Shown here piece after piece: positions 18,828 to 29,541 of a stretch of DNA of 64,000 nucleotides. Location: positions 96,001-160,000 of the forward strand of contig CAWGZR010000004.1 in assembly GCA_963827165.1 (NCBI GenBank), written 5' to 3'. The notes under the pieces are model-generated. The model was given only the letters and a program-made list of their open reading frames with translations. It was not told where the DNA came from and did not search any database. This DNA is from Candidatus Bathyarchaeota archaeon. GTDB taxonomy: Archaea; Thermoproteota; Bathyarchaeia; Bathyarchaeales; Bathycorpusculaceae. Made by a program: the position numbers and the translations under genes. Each line of letters opens with the position of its first letter. Position 1 is the first letter of the stretch.

Positions 18828-20771
18828 ATGTCAGCTGACGTTTTAGCGGGTGGATGGGCTAAGGTTCTTGGCGGCGATCGGAAACAGTTTAACATGTTTA
18901 TTGAGAAAATGCTAGATGGCTTTGCCTACCACAAAATCGTTCTTGACAAAGCAGGTAAACCGATTGATTATGTTTTTCTTGAGGTCAATTATGCCTTTGA
19001 AAAAATGACGGGGCTAAAAAGAGCACAAATTATAGGTAAGAAAGTAACCGAGGTCCTTATGGGCATTGAAAAAGATCCTGCGGATTGGATTGGAGTTTAT
19101 GGCCATGTTGCTTTGACGGGTGAGCCTGTTGAGTTTGAGAATCATGCAGTGCCTTTAGGGAAGTGGTACAGGGTCTCGGCTTATTGTCCAGAGAAAGGTT
19201 ATTTTGTCGCTTTATTTGAAGACATTACTGAGCGCAAGAAAGCTGAAGAAGCGATGGCTTTCCAAGCTAACTTGTTATCCAGGGCGCGTGAAGCCATTTT
19301 TGGCGTTGATTCAAAGTATAATATTACCTACTGGAATAAAGGCGCCGAGGACTTGTTCGGCTACACTAAAGAAGAAGCTATGGGGAAAAATTTCCAAGAA
19401 TTAATTCCAATAAAGCTCGAGGGTTCGTCACGTGCAGAAGAATTGGCTAAGCAAGAAGCAACTGGTTATTGGGAGGGCGAAGTGCAATATCGTCGCAAGG
19501 ATAGTTCATATGTTTTAGTTGAGCTCAATTCCGCTACTCTCAAAAGCCCAACCGGAGAACTGCTGGGCGTAGTGACAGCTGCTCGAGATATTACTGAGCG
19601 CAAGAAAGCCGAAGAATCCACGGCAAGGCAGGCTGAACTTATCGATCTTAGTCCCGATGCTATTATTGTTAGGAAACTTTACGGCACTATTACTTTTTGG
19701 AGTAAGGGCGCGGAGAAACTGTACGGTTGGACAAAAGACGAAGCAATAGGGCAAGACATGAACAGCCTACTGAAGCCGGAATTCTCCCAACACCTTGAGG
19801 AGATAATAGACCAGCTTAAGCTTGAGGGCAAATGGTCTGGTGAAATCGTTCACCTATGTAAAGATGGAAGCAAGGTTGCTGAGCAGAGTTTTTGGTTGGC
19901 GCGGTTAGGAGTCGACGGCGAGATATTTGAGGTGGTGGAATCGAATGTGGATATTACTGAGCGGGTTGAGTTGCAGGTTAAGCTTGAGGAGTCTGCTGTC
20001 AGGGTTGAAGAATACGCGAATCAAATGGAGGAGCTCGCAGAAAAAAGAGCTGCTCAGTTGAAGGATGCTGAGCGGTTAGCCACCATAGGCGCTACTGCTG
20101 GCATGGTTGGGCATGATATTCGAAATCCGTTGCAGGCTATAACCGGCGACGTTTTCCTGGCTAAAACAGATTTAATAGCGATTCCTGAAAGCGAAGAGAA
20201 AAAGAACATCCAAGAAAGCCTATCGGAAATTGAAAAGAACGTTGATTATATTAACAAGATTGTCGCGGACCTACAAGACTTTGCCAGACCTCTGCGACCT
20301 AATGCGGAAGAAACCGATCTAAAACTCATAATTAACGATTTATTGAAAAAGAATGGGTTGCCAGAAAACGTCAAAGTAACCGTTAAAGTGGAAACTGATG
20401 CAATAAAAGTTGTAGCTGACTCCACTTTCATAAATCGCATCATGTACAATTTGGTCACTAATGCGGTTCAAGCAATGCCAAATGGCGGGAAACTGACCAT
20501 ACACGCCTACAAAGAAGAAAAAGATATCCTAATAGCTGTCAAGGATACCGGCGTTGGCATACCTGAAAAAGTTAAAGGAAAATTGTTTACTCCAATGTTT
20601 ACAACTAAATCCAAAGGTCAAGGCTTCGGCTTAGCAGTAATCAAACGCATGAGTGAATCATTAGGCGGCACCGTCACGTTCGAAAGCGAAGAAGGCAAAG
20701 GAACAACATTTATCATACGTTTGCCCCCCCCCAAGGAGCTGAACGGTAAATTGGCCTACAAGCAAACATAA
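18828..20771 (+). CDS. Multi-PAS sensor histidine kinase
   Basis: Three PAS/PAC units (DITER), H-box GHDIRNPL, N/G1/F/G2 boxes. Confidence 0.9.
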   Translation: MSADVLAGGWAKVLGGDRKQFNMFIEKMLDGFAYHKIVLDKAGKPIDYVFLEVNYAFEKMTGLKRAQIIGKKVTEVLMGIEKDPADWIGVYGHVALTGEPVEFENHAVPLGKWYRVSAYCPEKGYFVALFEDITERKKAEEAMAFQANLLSRAREAIFGVDSKYNITYWNKGAEDLFGYTKEEAMGKNFQELIPIKLEGSSRAEELAKQEATGYWEGEVQYRRKDSSYVLVELNSATLKSPTGELLGVVTAARDITERKKAEESTARQAELIDLSPDAIIVRKLYGTITFWSKGAEKLYGWTKDEAIGQDMNSLLKPEFSQHLEEIIDQLKLEGKWSGEIVHLCKDGSKVAEQSFWLARLGVDGEIFEVVESNVDITERVELQVKLEESAVRVEEYANQMEELAEKRAAQLKDAERLATIGATAGMVGHDIRNPLQAITGDVFLAKTDLIAIPESEEKKNIQESLSEIEKNVDYINKIVADLQDFARPLRPNAEETDLKLIINDLLKKNGLPENVKVTVKVETDAIKVVADSTFINRIMYNLVTNAVQAMPNGGKLTIHAYKEEKDILIAVKDTGVGIPEKVKGKLFTPMFTTKSKGQGFGLAVIKRMSESLGGTVTFESEEGKGTTFIIRLPPPKELNGKLAYKQT

Positions 20772-20891
20772 TGCTGTAAGCTTTGTCATTGCTTGGAGAT
20801 TATGCAATAGCCTTTTTCTATGTAAAACTATTAGGTGCTATTTTTTAACTAGATTAATGGTCCTATTAACTAGTTTATGATAAAATATTAA

Positions 20892-23800
20892 TTGTACTAT
20901 TACATATTTTTAAATGAATCATGTTACTTAGCTAACATGCTTTTGGATGTGGCTCTTACGGGTGCAAATGGAAAAAGCGGTTCGAGTAAGAAAAGTCATT
21001 TTGAAAGCGACATCCCTTTTGACTTTCCGATTGTAGGTATTGGTGCTTCTGCGGGAGGCCTAGAAGCTTTTAGAGCCTTGCTCGAGTATTTGCCCGTTGA
21101 TACAGGTTTGGCTTTTGTGATAATTCAGCATCTTGCCGCAGGTCAAGAGAGCATGTTGACTGACATTCTCTCAAGATTCACTACGATGCCGGTTCTTCAA
21201 GTTGAGGATGGACTGAAAGTTGAGCCAGACAACGTTTATGTTATTCCGCCAGGATCAACCATGACCCTGACCGAAGGCACTCTGAAACTAAACCCAAAAG
21301 GCAAATCTCTTAGACCCATAGACGATTTCCTAAGATCACTCGCCATTGAACGGAAAACTCAAGCCATCGGAATTGTACTCTCGGGAACTGGAGCAGATGG
21401 AACGGAAGGGCTCAAAGCCGTTAAAGCTGATGGCGGAATTACTTTTGCGCAAAAACCTGACTCCGCCCAATATGCAGGCATGCCGCAAAGTGCAATATCA
21501 GCCGAGGTCGTCGATTTTATTCTGACTCCAGACAAAATCGCAAAAGAACTTTCAAAAATCGCCAAAAATCCACATTTGGTTCGTTCGGAAATAATCTCTC
21601 AAGAGCCCGAAAATACTAAAGAAACGGGTTTGCGAAAAATCTTCACGCTCCTAAAGACTTCGTTCAGCGTAGATTTTAGCCACTATAAAGACACGGTTAT
21701 CAGTAGACGGGTCACTCGCCGAATGGTAATCAACCACATTGAAAACATAACCAATTACGCGGAATACTTAGAAACCAATCACACTGAACTAAAAGCACTC
21801 TTTCATGACATGCTAATCGGCGTAACCAGCTTCTTTAGAGAACCCAAAACATTTGAGACTTTGAAGGAAAAACTGTTACCTGAACTTTTAAAAAATCGAG
21901 AACCCAAAGAACCCTTGAGAATATGGATCCCAGGCTGCTCCACAGGTGAGGAAGCGTATTCTTTTGCCATCGCAATTCAAGAATTCCTCGAAGAAAACGG
22001 CCCTTCAGATGTGCAAGTTCAGATTTTCGGAACCGATGTAAATGAAAAAAACGTCGACAAAGCCCGTCAGGGAATATACCCCAAGAGCATAGAAACGGAC
22101 GTCTCGGAAAACCGCCTTAAACGCTTCTTCACAAGCTTTAATGGAAGTTATCAAATAGCTAAATTCATCCGCGACAAGTGCGTATTTGCTAAACAAGACC
22201 TAACAGCCGATCCGCCCTTTTCCAATCTGGACCTTATCAGCTGCCGTAACATGCTCATCTATTTTGATTCTCAACTTCAGGAAAGAATAGTGCCCATCCT
22301 CCATTATGCGTTGAAACCAGACGGTTTTCTAATATTGGGCGAATCTGAAAGCATAGGCAAATTTACCACCCTTTTTGAACCAGTACACAAGAAAAGCTTT
22401 ATTTATACTAAAAAAGCCGACCAGTCACGCATTAACTTTGGCGTTAATTTCGGGTTTGAACCATCTGCTCCTCATAACAGAAAAGCCCTTCTAAGAGAAC
22501 CTCTCAAAAAAGACGCAAGCGCTCTTCTGCGTGACAAAGTTGATCGTCTTCTAATCACAGAATATGTCCCCGCCACAATGTTAGTCAACAGTAATCTAGA
22601 CATTCTTTTCTTCCGTGGCAACGTTTTACCCTATCTTTCGCCTGAATCAGGGCAAACAAGTTTGAACATTACAAGAATTCTCCGCAAAGATTTGCGCTCC
22701 GAAGTCCAAACACTAGTTTTTAGGGCTAAGAAGGAGAACAAAACAGTTACAGAAGAGGCAATACGTTTTCAGTTTGGTGAACTAGAGAAGACAGTGAATA
22801 TTCAGGTTATCCCCTTGCCGGATGAGGAGTCATTCTTTCTTGTGTTGTTTGAAGATGTAAGTGCCGCCGCTGAGCATCTGCGTAAAACGATTGAGCTTAC
22901 AGCTTCGCCAAAAGGGCGAGAAGACGTCAAAGATACCCAAATTCGAGAGTTAAAGGAGGAATTAGATTCTTCTAAACAGACTTTGAACACCATCGTGGAA
23001 AATCAAGAGGCAACAAATGAAGAGCTGCGTTCAGCGATGGAAGAAGTGCAATCTAGCAATGAGGAGTTACAAAGCACAAACGAGGAATTGGAGACCGCCA
23101 AAGAAGAGTTGCAGTCAACCAATGAAGAATTAACCACTTTAAATGACGAATTAAAGAATCGGAATCAAGCTCTTGGCATACTAAGCGATAACCAAGCTAA
23201 CTTAAATAAAAACGTTGATCCGGCCGTTGTTATGGTCGATGGTAGCTTGAAGATTAGGCTTTTCACGCCCTCTGCCCAAACAATTCTCAACTTAGTTCCA
23301 TCTGACGTTGGGCTACCATTATCAAATATACGTCTTGCAATTTCAGTTCCTGACTTAGAGAAAACAATCCTTGGGGTCGTAAAATCGCTTGGGTCAGAGA
23401 CTATGGAGGTTAGTGACGAGAAGGGTCGTTTCTATGAACTAAGAATTCGACCTTACGTTACCGAGGGCAACAGAATAGACGGCGCTGTGCTATCTTTCAT
23501 AGACGTCAACGAATCAAAGCGGCACGAAAACCAATTGCAGCTAGAAGAGATAAAGTACAGAACGCTGGCAGAAAACTCGCCAGATATCATCGCTAGGCTT
23601 GACAGAAACTCGCGGTACTTGTACGTTAATATTGCTATCGAAAAATTAACAGGAATACCTGCTGCAAACTTCATTGGCAAAACAGACCGGGAAGTTGGCA
23701 TGCCTAAAAATCTGGCTGAAGCATGGAATAAAAGTATACAAAATACAATTAAAACTGGCGAGATTGGAAAAGGTGAAATGGAAGTTCCAACTCCAAAGGG

Positions 23801-24050
23801 TCCGAGAATTGCCCAGTTTGTTATAGTTCCAGAATTTTCCGTGGCTGGCAATGTTGAAACAGTGCTGGTCATCTCCAAAGATATAACAGTAAGTAAAAAA
23901 TTGGAAGATAGGCTCAAAGAGAGTGAGGAACGATTTCTCTTTGCCTTAAAGACGGCGCCAGTAACCGTAGGCAACCTGGACTGCGATTTACGCTTCACAT
24001 GGGTGTATAATCCGCAGGCAGGTTACACCTCGAAAGATATGATAGGTTAA
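20892..24050 (+). CDS. CheB-CheR fusion with coiled coil and PAS domains (5' part of a disrupted hybrid kinase gene)
   Basis: GASAGG, IQH, LSGTGADG (CheB); GCSTGEEAYS, CRNMLIY (CheR); NEELQS heptads; stops within a PAS domain. Confidence 0.88.
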   Translation: MYYYIFLNESCYLANMLLDVALTGANGKSGSSKKSHFESDIPFDFPIVGIGASAGGLEAFRALLEYLPVDTGLAFVIIQHLAAGQESMLTDILSRFTTMPVLQVEDGLKVEPDNVYVIPPGSTMTLTEGTLKLNPKGKSLRPIDDFLRSLAIERKTQAIGIVLSGTGADGTEGLKAVKADGGITFAQKPDSAQYAGMPQSAISAEVVDFILTPDKIAKELSKIAKNPHLVRSEIISQEPENTKETGLRKIFTLLKTSFSVDFSHYKDTVISRRVTRRMVINHIENITNYAEYLETNHTELKALFHDMLIGVTSFFREPKTFETLKEKLLPELLKNREPKEPLRIWIPGCSTGEEAYSFAIAIQEFLEENGPSDVQVQIFGTDVNEKNVDKARQGIYPKSIETDVSENRLKRFFTSFNGSYQIAKFIRDKCVFAKQDLTADPPFSNLDLISCRNMLIYFDSQLQERIVPILHYALKPDGFLILGESESIGKFTTLFEPVHKKSFIYTKKADQSRINFGVNFGFEPSAPHNRKALLREPLKKDASALLRDKVDRLLITEYVPATMLVNSNLDILFFRGNVLPYLSPESGQTSLNITRILRKDLRSEVQTLVFRAKKENKTVTEEAIRFQFGELEKTVNIQVIPLPDEESFFLVLFEDVSAAAEHLRKTIELTASPKGREDVKDTQIRELKEELDSSKQTLNTIVENQEATNEELRSAMEEVQSSNEELQSTNEELETAKEELQSTNEELTTLNDELKNRNQALGILSDNQANLNKNVDPAVVMVDGSLKIRLFTPSAQTILNLVPSDVGLPLSNIRLAISVPDLEKTILGVVKSLGSETMEVSDEKGRFYELRIRPYVTEGNRIDGAVLSFIDVNESKRHENQLQLEEIKYRTLAENSPDIIARLDRNSRYLYVNIAIEKLTGIPAANFIGKTDREVGMPKNLAEAWNKSIQNTIKTGEIGKGEMEVPTPKGPRIAQFVIVPEFSVAGNVETVLVISKDITVSKKLEDRLKESEERFLFALKTAPVTVGNLDCDLRFTWVYNPQAGYTSKDMIG

Positions 24051-24374
24051 AAGTTCGGCACTGGTTTGAATTTGGAAGACGAAAAAGGTATAATGGAATG
24101 TCTGAATGAAGTTACTTCAAAAGGCATCCCTGCACGGCGAGAGTTAAGAGGAAGAGGACCTTTAGGCGAAGTAATCTTTGACCTCTACCTTGAACCAAAA
24201 AGAAACGCCCAAAATGAAATAACTGGCTTAAGTTTTACAGCTCTAAACATCACTGAACGCAAGAAAGCTGAAGAAGCGTTGGCGGAAAGCGAGCAAAAGT
24301 ATCGTACAATTGTAGAGACCGCAGCGGAAGGTATAGTTATCGCTAAACTTGACGGTAGCACACATTTTTGTTAA
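24051..24374 (+). pseudogene. In-frame PAS continuation after a premature TAA, ending at a frameshift
   Basis: Same frame as the CheBR ORF beyond TAA 24048-24050; PAS sequence LDGS|HIFVN switches frame near 24360. Confidence 0.7.
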
Positions 24375-27279
24375 CAATAGGCTGTCTCAAATGTTCGGCT
24401 ACTCAACCGATGACCTTCTTAAAAAATCGAGCTTTGAACTCATGTCTAAAGAAGAACAAAAAAGGCAAGCTTCGCAGATGAGAAAAAGCCTCGAAAATGA
24501 GCTGATTCAGTATAGGGAATTTGAGTTCCGCCGCAAAGACGGGTCTACTCTATGGGCAGCTTGCAATGCATCACCATTATTTGACGAGAACGGAAAACAT
24601 GTTTCTAACATAGCGCTTTTTAGCGATATTACTGAACGTAAGAAAACTGATGATGCATTAAGGAAAAGTGAGGCAGAGTATAGCTCTCTTTTCGCTAACA
24701 TGATAGACGGCTTTGCTTATTGCCAAATGATATTTGATGATGCAGGCAAGCCTATCGACTTTGTTTATCTTCAAATTAATGATGCTTTTGAAAGAATAAC
24801 GGGATTAAAAAGAGACCTAATTGTTGGAAAAAAAGCATCAGAGGTAATTCCTGGAATCAGGGAAGATAATCCCGAGCTTTTTGAAATTTACGGCAGAGTA
24901 GCGCTTACGGGTCAAAAAGAGAAGGATGAACATTTCCAAAAATACCTAAACGTATGGCTAAATGTTTCAGTTTATTCTCCTGCAAAAGGTTATTTCGCTG
25001 CAGTCTTGGAAGACATCACCGAACGCAAAAAATCTGAAACTGAACGCGAAATCATGGTTGAATTCCTTAAAATAGCTAACGCAAATATTGGCACTAGTGA
25101 CTTAATTAAGGGGGCGTTGGCTTTCTTCCAGAAACAATGTGGCTGCGAAGCAGTCGGCATCAGGCTCAAAGAAGGGGAAGAGTACCCTTATTACGTAACT
25201 AGAGGGTTCCCGCCTGAGCATGTGCGACTGGAGAACCAGATATGCGCAAGAGATGATTCAGGGTACATTGTCCGAGATTCTAAAGGTAACTCGATTATCG
25301 AATGCATGTGCGGAGCCGTGGTATCGGGAAAGTTTGACCCAAGCAAAGAATTCTTCACGGAAAAAGGAAGCTTCTGGACAAACAACACCACATTACTCCT
25401 CGCAACAACAACCGCTGAGTCACGTGGAAAAACACGAAACTGTTGCAACCGCGAAGGCTACGAGTCAATTGCCCTGATTCCCTTGGCCATCGGAGACACA
25501 CGGTTGGGGTTGCTTCAGCTAAATGATAAACGAAAAGGCATGTTTACTCTTGAAATGATTCAGATGTGGGAGCGAATAGCTGACCGTTTGGCATCGGCTC
25601 TTTCAAGGACCGTTGCTGAAGAAGCCCTTGAGCAAAACGAAGTTAAATTCAGAACGGTCGCTGATTTCGCTAACGATTGGGAGTACTGGATTGCACCCGA
25701 TGGTCATATGATTTATGTTTCGCCGTCAAGCAAAAGGATCACAGGCTACGATGCTGACGAGTTCATCAAGGACCCCACACTTCTCACCGGAATCATCCAT
25801 CCCGAAGATAAATCAATTGTCGGTTCACATTTTGATTTGATAAGTTCTGAAGAGATTCACGCCGTTGATTTTAGAATCGTAACCCGCGATGGACAGACAC
25901 GTTGGATTTCCCATTCATGTAAAGCTGCTTTCGACGACAACGACGAATGGATAGGCCGCCGCGCCAGTAACCGCGACATCACAGAACGTAAAAAAATGGA
26001 GCAAGCCTTATCAAATTCACTTGAAGAATCCTACAGACGAGGCTCCGAGATTTCAGCGCTCTTGACGGCATCACGAGCAGTTCTCCAAAACAAGGAATTT
26101 CCGGATTCCGCGCGTGCAATATTTGACACCTGCAAAGAACTAATCGGAGCGACAGCAGGTTACGTTGCCCTCTTAAGCAAAAATGGAAAAGAAAACGAGG
26201 TTTTGTTTTTGGATTCGGGAGGGCGACCCTGCACCGTTAATCCTTCGCTTCCTATGCCCATTCGGGGACTTCGCGCAGAAGCCTACAAATCTGGGGAAAC
26301 AGTAGTTGAAAATGATTTTCCACAAAGCAAATATGAGAAAATCATGCCTGAAGGTCATGTGCGACTCAAAAACGTTCTGTTTGCGCCCTTGATTATCAAT
26401 CGGCAGGTGGTCGGAGTGATCGGTTTAGCAAATAAACAGGGCGGATTTACTGAACGGGACGCCCAAATGGCTGAAGGTTTTGGAGAAATTGCTTCGGTCG
26501 CCCTGACCAATAGCAGGATGCTTGAAAAATTGGCAGAAAACGAAAACGAGTTAAAGACTTACTCAGAACATTTGGAGTCACTTGTTGAGGAACGTACTAA
26601 GCAGCTTAAGGACTCTGAGCGGTTGGCGGCTATCGGCACAGTAGCTGGTATGGTGGGGCACGACATTCGTAACCCGTTACAGGCTATTACAGGCGATTTA
26701 TATTTGGCTAAGACAGATTTGGCATCTACTCCAGACAGTGAAGAGAAAAAGAACGTACAAGAAAGCCTGACAGAAATTGAAAAGAATGCAGAGTACATTA
26801 GCAAAATAGTTGCTGATCTTCAAGACTTCGCTAAACCTTTAACGCCAAAAATCGAAGAGACTACCCTTGAAAAAATAGTTACCGCCGCCCTTGCCACCAT
26901 TAGCATCCCTGAAAATGTAACAACTATTTGTAGTCTCTCAAAAGATCTATCGAAAATAAAATCTGATCCAACTTACTTGCAAAGAATACTGGTAAACTTA
27001 GCTAACAATGCTATTCAAGCTATGCCTAAAGGAGGAAAACTTACGATTTCGGCAATCAGCAAAAACGGCAAGGCAAACATCGTTGTTCAAGACACTGGAG
27101 AGGGCATACCTGAAAACGTCAAAAGCAAGATATTCACTCCATTAATAACAACAAAAGCGAAGGGACAAGGTTTTGGCTTAGCCGCGGTTAAAAGATTCAC
27201 TGAGGCAATGGGTGGAACCATAACGTTCGAAAGTGAAGTTGGTAAAGGAACAAAATTCATAATCGAACTTTCCACCTAA
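24349..27279 (+). CDS. PAS/GAF sensor histidine kinase (3' part of the disrupted gene)
   Basis: PAS, two GAF domains, GHDIRNPL H-box, HATPase motifs. Confidence 0.85.
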   Translation: MTVAHIFVNNRLSQMFGYSTDDLLKKSSFELMSKEEQKRQASQMRKSLENELIQYREFEFRRKDGSTLWAACNASPLFDENGKHVSNIALFSDITERKKTDDALRKSEAEYSSLFANMIDGFAYCQMIFDDAGKPIDFVYLQINDAFERITGLKRDLIVGKKASEVIPGIREDNPELFEIYGRVALTGQKEKDEHFQKYLNVWLNVSVYSPAKGYFAAVLEDITERKKSETEREIMVEFLKIANANIGTSDLIKGALAFFQKQCGCEAVGIRLKEGEEYPYYVTRGFPPEHVRLENQICARDDSGYIVRDSKGNSIIECMCGAVVSGKFDPSKEFFTEKGSFWTNNTTLLLATTTAESRGKTRNCCNREGYESIALIPLAIGDTRLGLLQLNDKRKGMFTLEMIQMWERIADRLASALSRTVAEEALEQNEVKFRTVADFANDWEYWIAPDGHMIYVSPSSKRITGYDADEFIKDPTLLTGIIHPEDKSIVGSHFDLISSEEIHAVDFRIVTRDGQTRWISHSCKAAFDDNDEWIGRRASNRDITERKKMEQALSNSLEESYRRGSEISALLTASRAVLQNKEFPDSARAIFDTCKELIGATAGYVALLSKNGKENEVLFLDSGGRPCTVNPSLPMPIRGLRAEAYKSGETVVENDFPQSKYEKIMPEGHVRLKNVLFAPLIINRQVVGVIGLANKQGGFTERDAQMAEGFGEIASVALTNSRMLEKLAENENELKTYSEHLESLVEERTKQLKDSERLAAIGTVAGMVGHDIRNPLQAITGDLYLAKTDLASTPDSEEKKNVQESLTEIEKNAEYISKIVADLQDFAKPLTPKIEETTLEKIVTAALATISIPENVTTICSLSKDLSKIKSDPTYLQRILVNLANNAIQAMPKGGKLTISAISKNGKANIVVQDTGEGIPENVKSKIFTPLITTKAKGQGFGLAAVKRFTEAMGGTITFESEVGKGTKFIIELST

Positions 27280-27428
27280 ATTTTTCCAAAGTTCTTAAAA
27301 GTCATAGTCTGTAACGAATAAGAACAATTTGAGCGCACCTCTAACGAAATTATTTGGATTTAAACCCATTTCTTGAGTTTTAGCCTAAACCGCAAAACAG
27401 GCAAAAATTGGATTTATTTTGTCGAAAG

Positions 27429-27442
27429 CGGGCCCGGTGGGA
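27429..27442. repeat. att-like direct repeat of the tRNA-Arg 3' end
   Basis: CGGGCCCGGTGGGA versus CGGGCCCGGTAGGGA at 40745-40759. Confidence 0.6.
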
Positions 27443-27525
27443 CTATATCCAAAAAGGGGGCGGAACAGTTACTTAAAATCACTAACTTCTGAGAAAAACG
27501 CTGGAAAAACAATTCACAGAAGGTA

Positions 27526-27723
27526 TCATTTGGCGAGTTGCTTCCCTTCTAAACTAACAGCGTTTAGGTTTACGCCTTGAGGTGTGGAGGAATCATCAAT
27601 TAGATGCGCAGTTCCATCCGGGCAATAGACTTTATCACCCTTGAAGGCTTTTTGGTAACGCCTGGCACACTCTCTTAATCGGGAGCATCCGTCACAATCT
27701 CTTGACAGTATTTTTATAATCAC
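27526..27723 (-). CDS. Small Cys-rich protein, last gene of the nif operon
   Basis: GTGA overlap with DUF364 gene; SRDCDGC..C...CPDGTAHL shared with 15131..15256. Confidence 0.7.
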   Translation of the reverse strand: MIIKILSRDCDGCSRLRECARRYQKAFKGDKVYCPDGTAHLIDDSSTPQGVNLNAVSLEGKQLAK

Positions 27724-28526
27724 CTCTTTTCCTTTTTTGGAACCACGTGATTAACGAACCTTAGACTAACTTTTTGACCCGTAGAGTATATCCTGTTGTT
27801 TTCTTGACCTGAGCAAATACGAAAAGCTTTTTCGCCATCCTTAATGACAAAGCCAGACAAGTTCTTAACACCAAATTGTGAAAGAACTGGCGCTAATGGT
27901 GTAGAGGGTCCAACGATAACCACATGTGCCTGTTTTGAAAGATTCAGGAAGCGGGGCAATGACTTGTCTACGAGGGAACTGCATGTGATGAAAACGTAGT
28001 CACATTCTGGGAGGATGTATTCTGCTGCGGTGTAGGGGTATTCGCCTTCTTCTGGTTCGCGTCCGAGAATTGAAAGATCACAGACAGGCTGAAACAGTGG
28101 CTCCAGATAGGGAAAATGCTCAATGACAGCGACTTTTTTGTTTCGAATGGCGTTTTGGTATGAAATGAAAGGGTCGTAAACTCTGTCTTCTATAAATTTG
28201 CTGTTGGAGATGCAAACGCCGTTTTTTCTGGCGACAGGCAGTGAATTGTAGTATGCGTTGATTGCTGCTTGGCCTATGCTTGCCTCGATAAGATTCCATG
28301 ATTTTATGCAGGCTGCAAGGTCTCTTAGCTTCATGCCGGGCAGTTTATTTGTAGTAGTGGGGGGCAAGTTATCTTGATATATCACTACGCAAAAGCCATA
28401 GCCTTCTCCGCTTCGGACAAGGGCACTATGCGCTCCGCATACTAACTCATCCACTATACATTCTTTGGGTATCCCTTCAATTAGAGAGTCATATAACTGC
28501 CACATACTGATTTTCCCCGATTTCAT
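27720..28526 (-). CDS. DUF364 (Rossmann-like, putative heavy-metal chelation) protein
   Basis: SWN..EASIGQAAINA, FITCSSLVDK, VGPSTP. Confidence 0.75.
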   Translation of the reverse strand: MKSGKISMWQLYDSLIEGIPKECIVDELVCGAHSALVRSGEGYGFCVVIYQDNLPPTTTNKLPGMKLRDLAACIKSWNLIEASIGQAAINAYYNSLPVARKNGVCISNSKFIEDRVYDPFISYQNAIRNKKVAVIEHFPYLEPLFQPVCDLSILGREPEEGEYPYTAAEYILPECDYVFITCSSLVDKSLPRFLNLSKQAHVVIVGPSTPLAPVLSQFGVKNLSGFVIKDGEKAFRICSGQENNRIYSTGQKVSLRFVNHVVPKKEKR

Positions 28527-29538
28527 CTTGCATTTCCTTCAATACTATGATATCACCTGAACGCAGTTGCTGACGAATTGACATTAAAACAGTAGTCAAT
28601 CTTTGAATGTGGACTAAGCTTTCTTTCTCTTCAGCTGACGTCTCAATGATTTTGTATATTCCGCCGTTTTGTATGACAATTCTCTTATCGGCGCTCAACG
28701 CCAAAAGTGGGTCATGTGTAGAGATGAGCACGATTTTATCTTTATTAGCCAACAAACTGACTGCTCGTTTCCAGTCAATGCCCGCGTTTTCAATTTCATC
28801 TATGAGCACGATAGGAGAAGCGCTTAAGTAAGCTGTGTCAGCGATCATAAGCGCTCTTGATTGACCTCCCGAAAGCTGAGTCACCTTGGTTTCCGACATG
28901 AATTTCTCGCCTACCAATTCATTTGCGCATACAAAACATTGTTTTATAATTTGGTCTGAGTTTTCGCGCAGCCGGCTTTTGGCGTGCATTTCAAGGAACT
29001 CTAACACGCTCAGGTCCATGACGAAATTCATGTTCTGCGACAGCTGAGCCACAAGTTTGCCGTCCATACTGAAGCGGTCTTTATCGCTGAGTGCTTTTCC
29101 GTTAATTAGTACCTGACGTTTTGTGGGCGTGTCTCGCTGAGCAATACATTCGATATCATTTAAAAGCTGGCTTTTACCAGATCCGGTGGAACCGACGATA
29201 CTTATAATCTGTCCTGCCTTTATGGTAATACATGCAGCTTCACGTTGCCCGAATTTGTTTCGCCCGCCAAGTATCGTGATAGAACGAATCTTATCATGCT
29301 GTACATCACTTTCAAGCATGGTGTCGAGGAACATCGTGAATTGATTGACGATATCGGCCCTCGAAAATCCGAACTCGGCAAGCTTGTCTTCATTGGCCTG
29401 GGCCAGTACTGTAGCAAGTGGACCCGTTCTTGGCAGATTCTCAAGATTATAATCAACAAAAAAATCCCTTGCTACTGGGTAAAGTGCCAGGATTTCTTGT
29501 ATGTTTTTGGTTTCGACCAGTTTTTTAAAATCTATCAT
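28489..29538 (-). CDS. ABC-type ATPase with N-terminal extension, no permease
   Basis: GSTGSGKS, LSGGQ, LIDEIEN, STHDP. Confidence 0.8.
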   Translation of the reverse strand: MIDFKKLVETKNIQEILALYPVARDFFVDYNLENLPRTGPLATVLAQANEDKLAEFGFSRADIVNQFTMFLDTMLESDVQHDKIRSITILGGRNKFGQREAACITIKAGQIISIVGSTGSGKSQLLNDIECIAQRDTPTKRQVLINGKALSDKDRFSMDGKLVAQLSQNMNFVMDLSVLEFLEMHAKSRLRENSDQIIKQCFVCANELVGEKFMSETKVTQLSGGQSRALMIADTAYLSASPIVLIDEIENAGIDWKRAVSLLANKDKIVLISTHDPLLALSADKRIVIQNGGIYKIIETSAEEKESLVHIQRLTTVLMSIRQQLRSGDIIVLKEMQDEIGENQYVAVI

Positions 29539-29541
29539 AAT

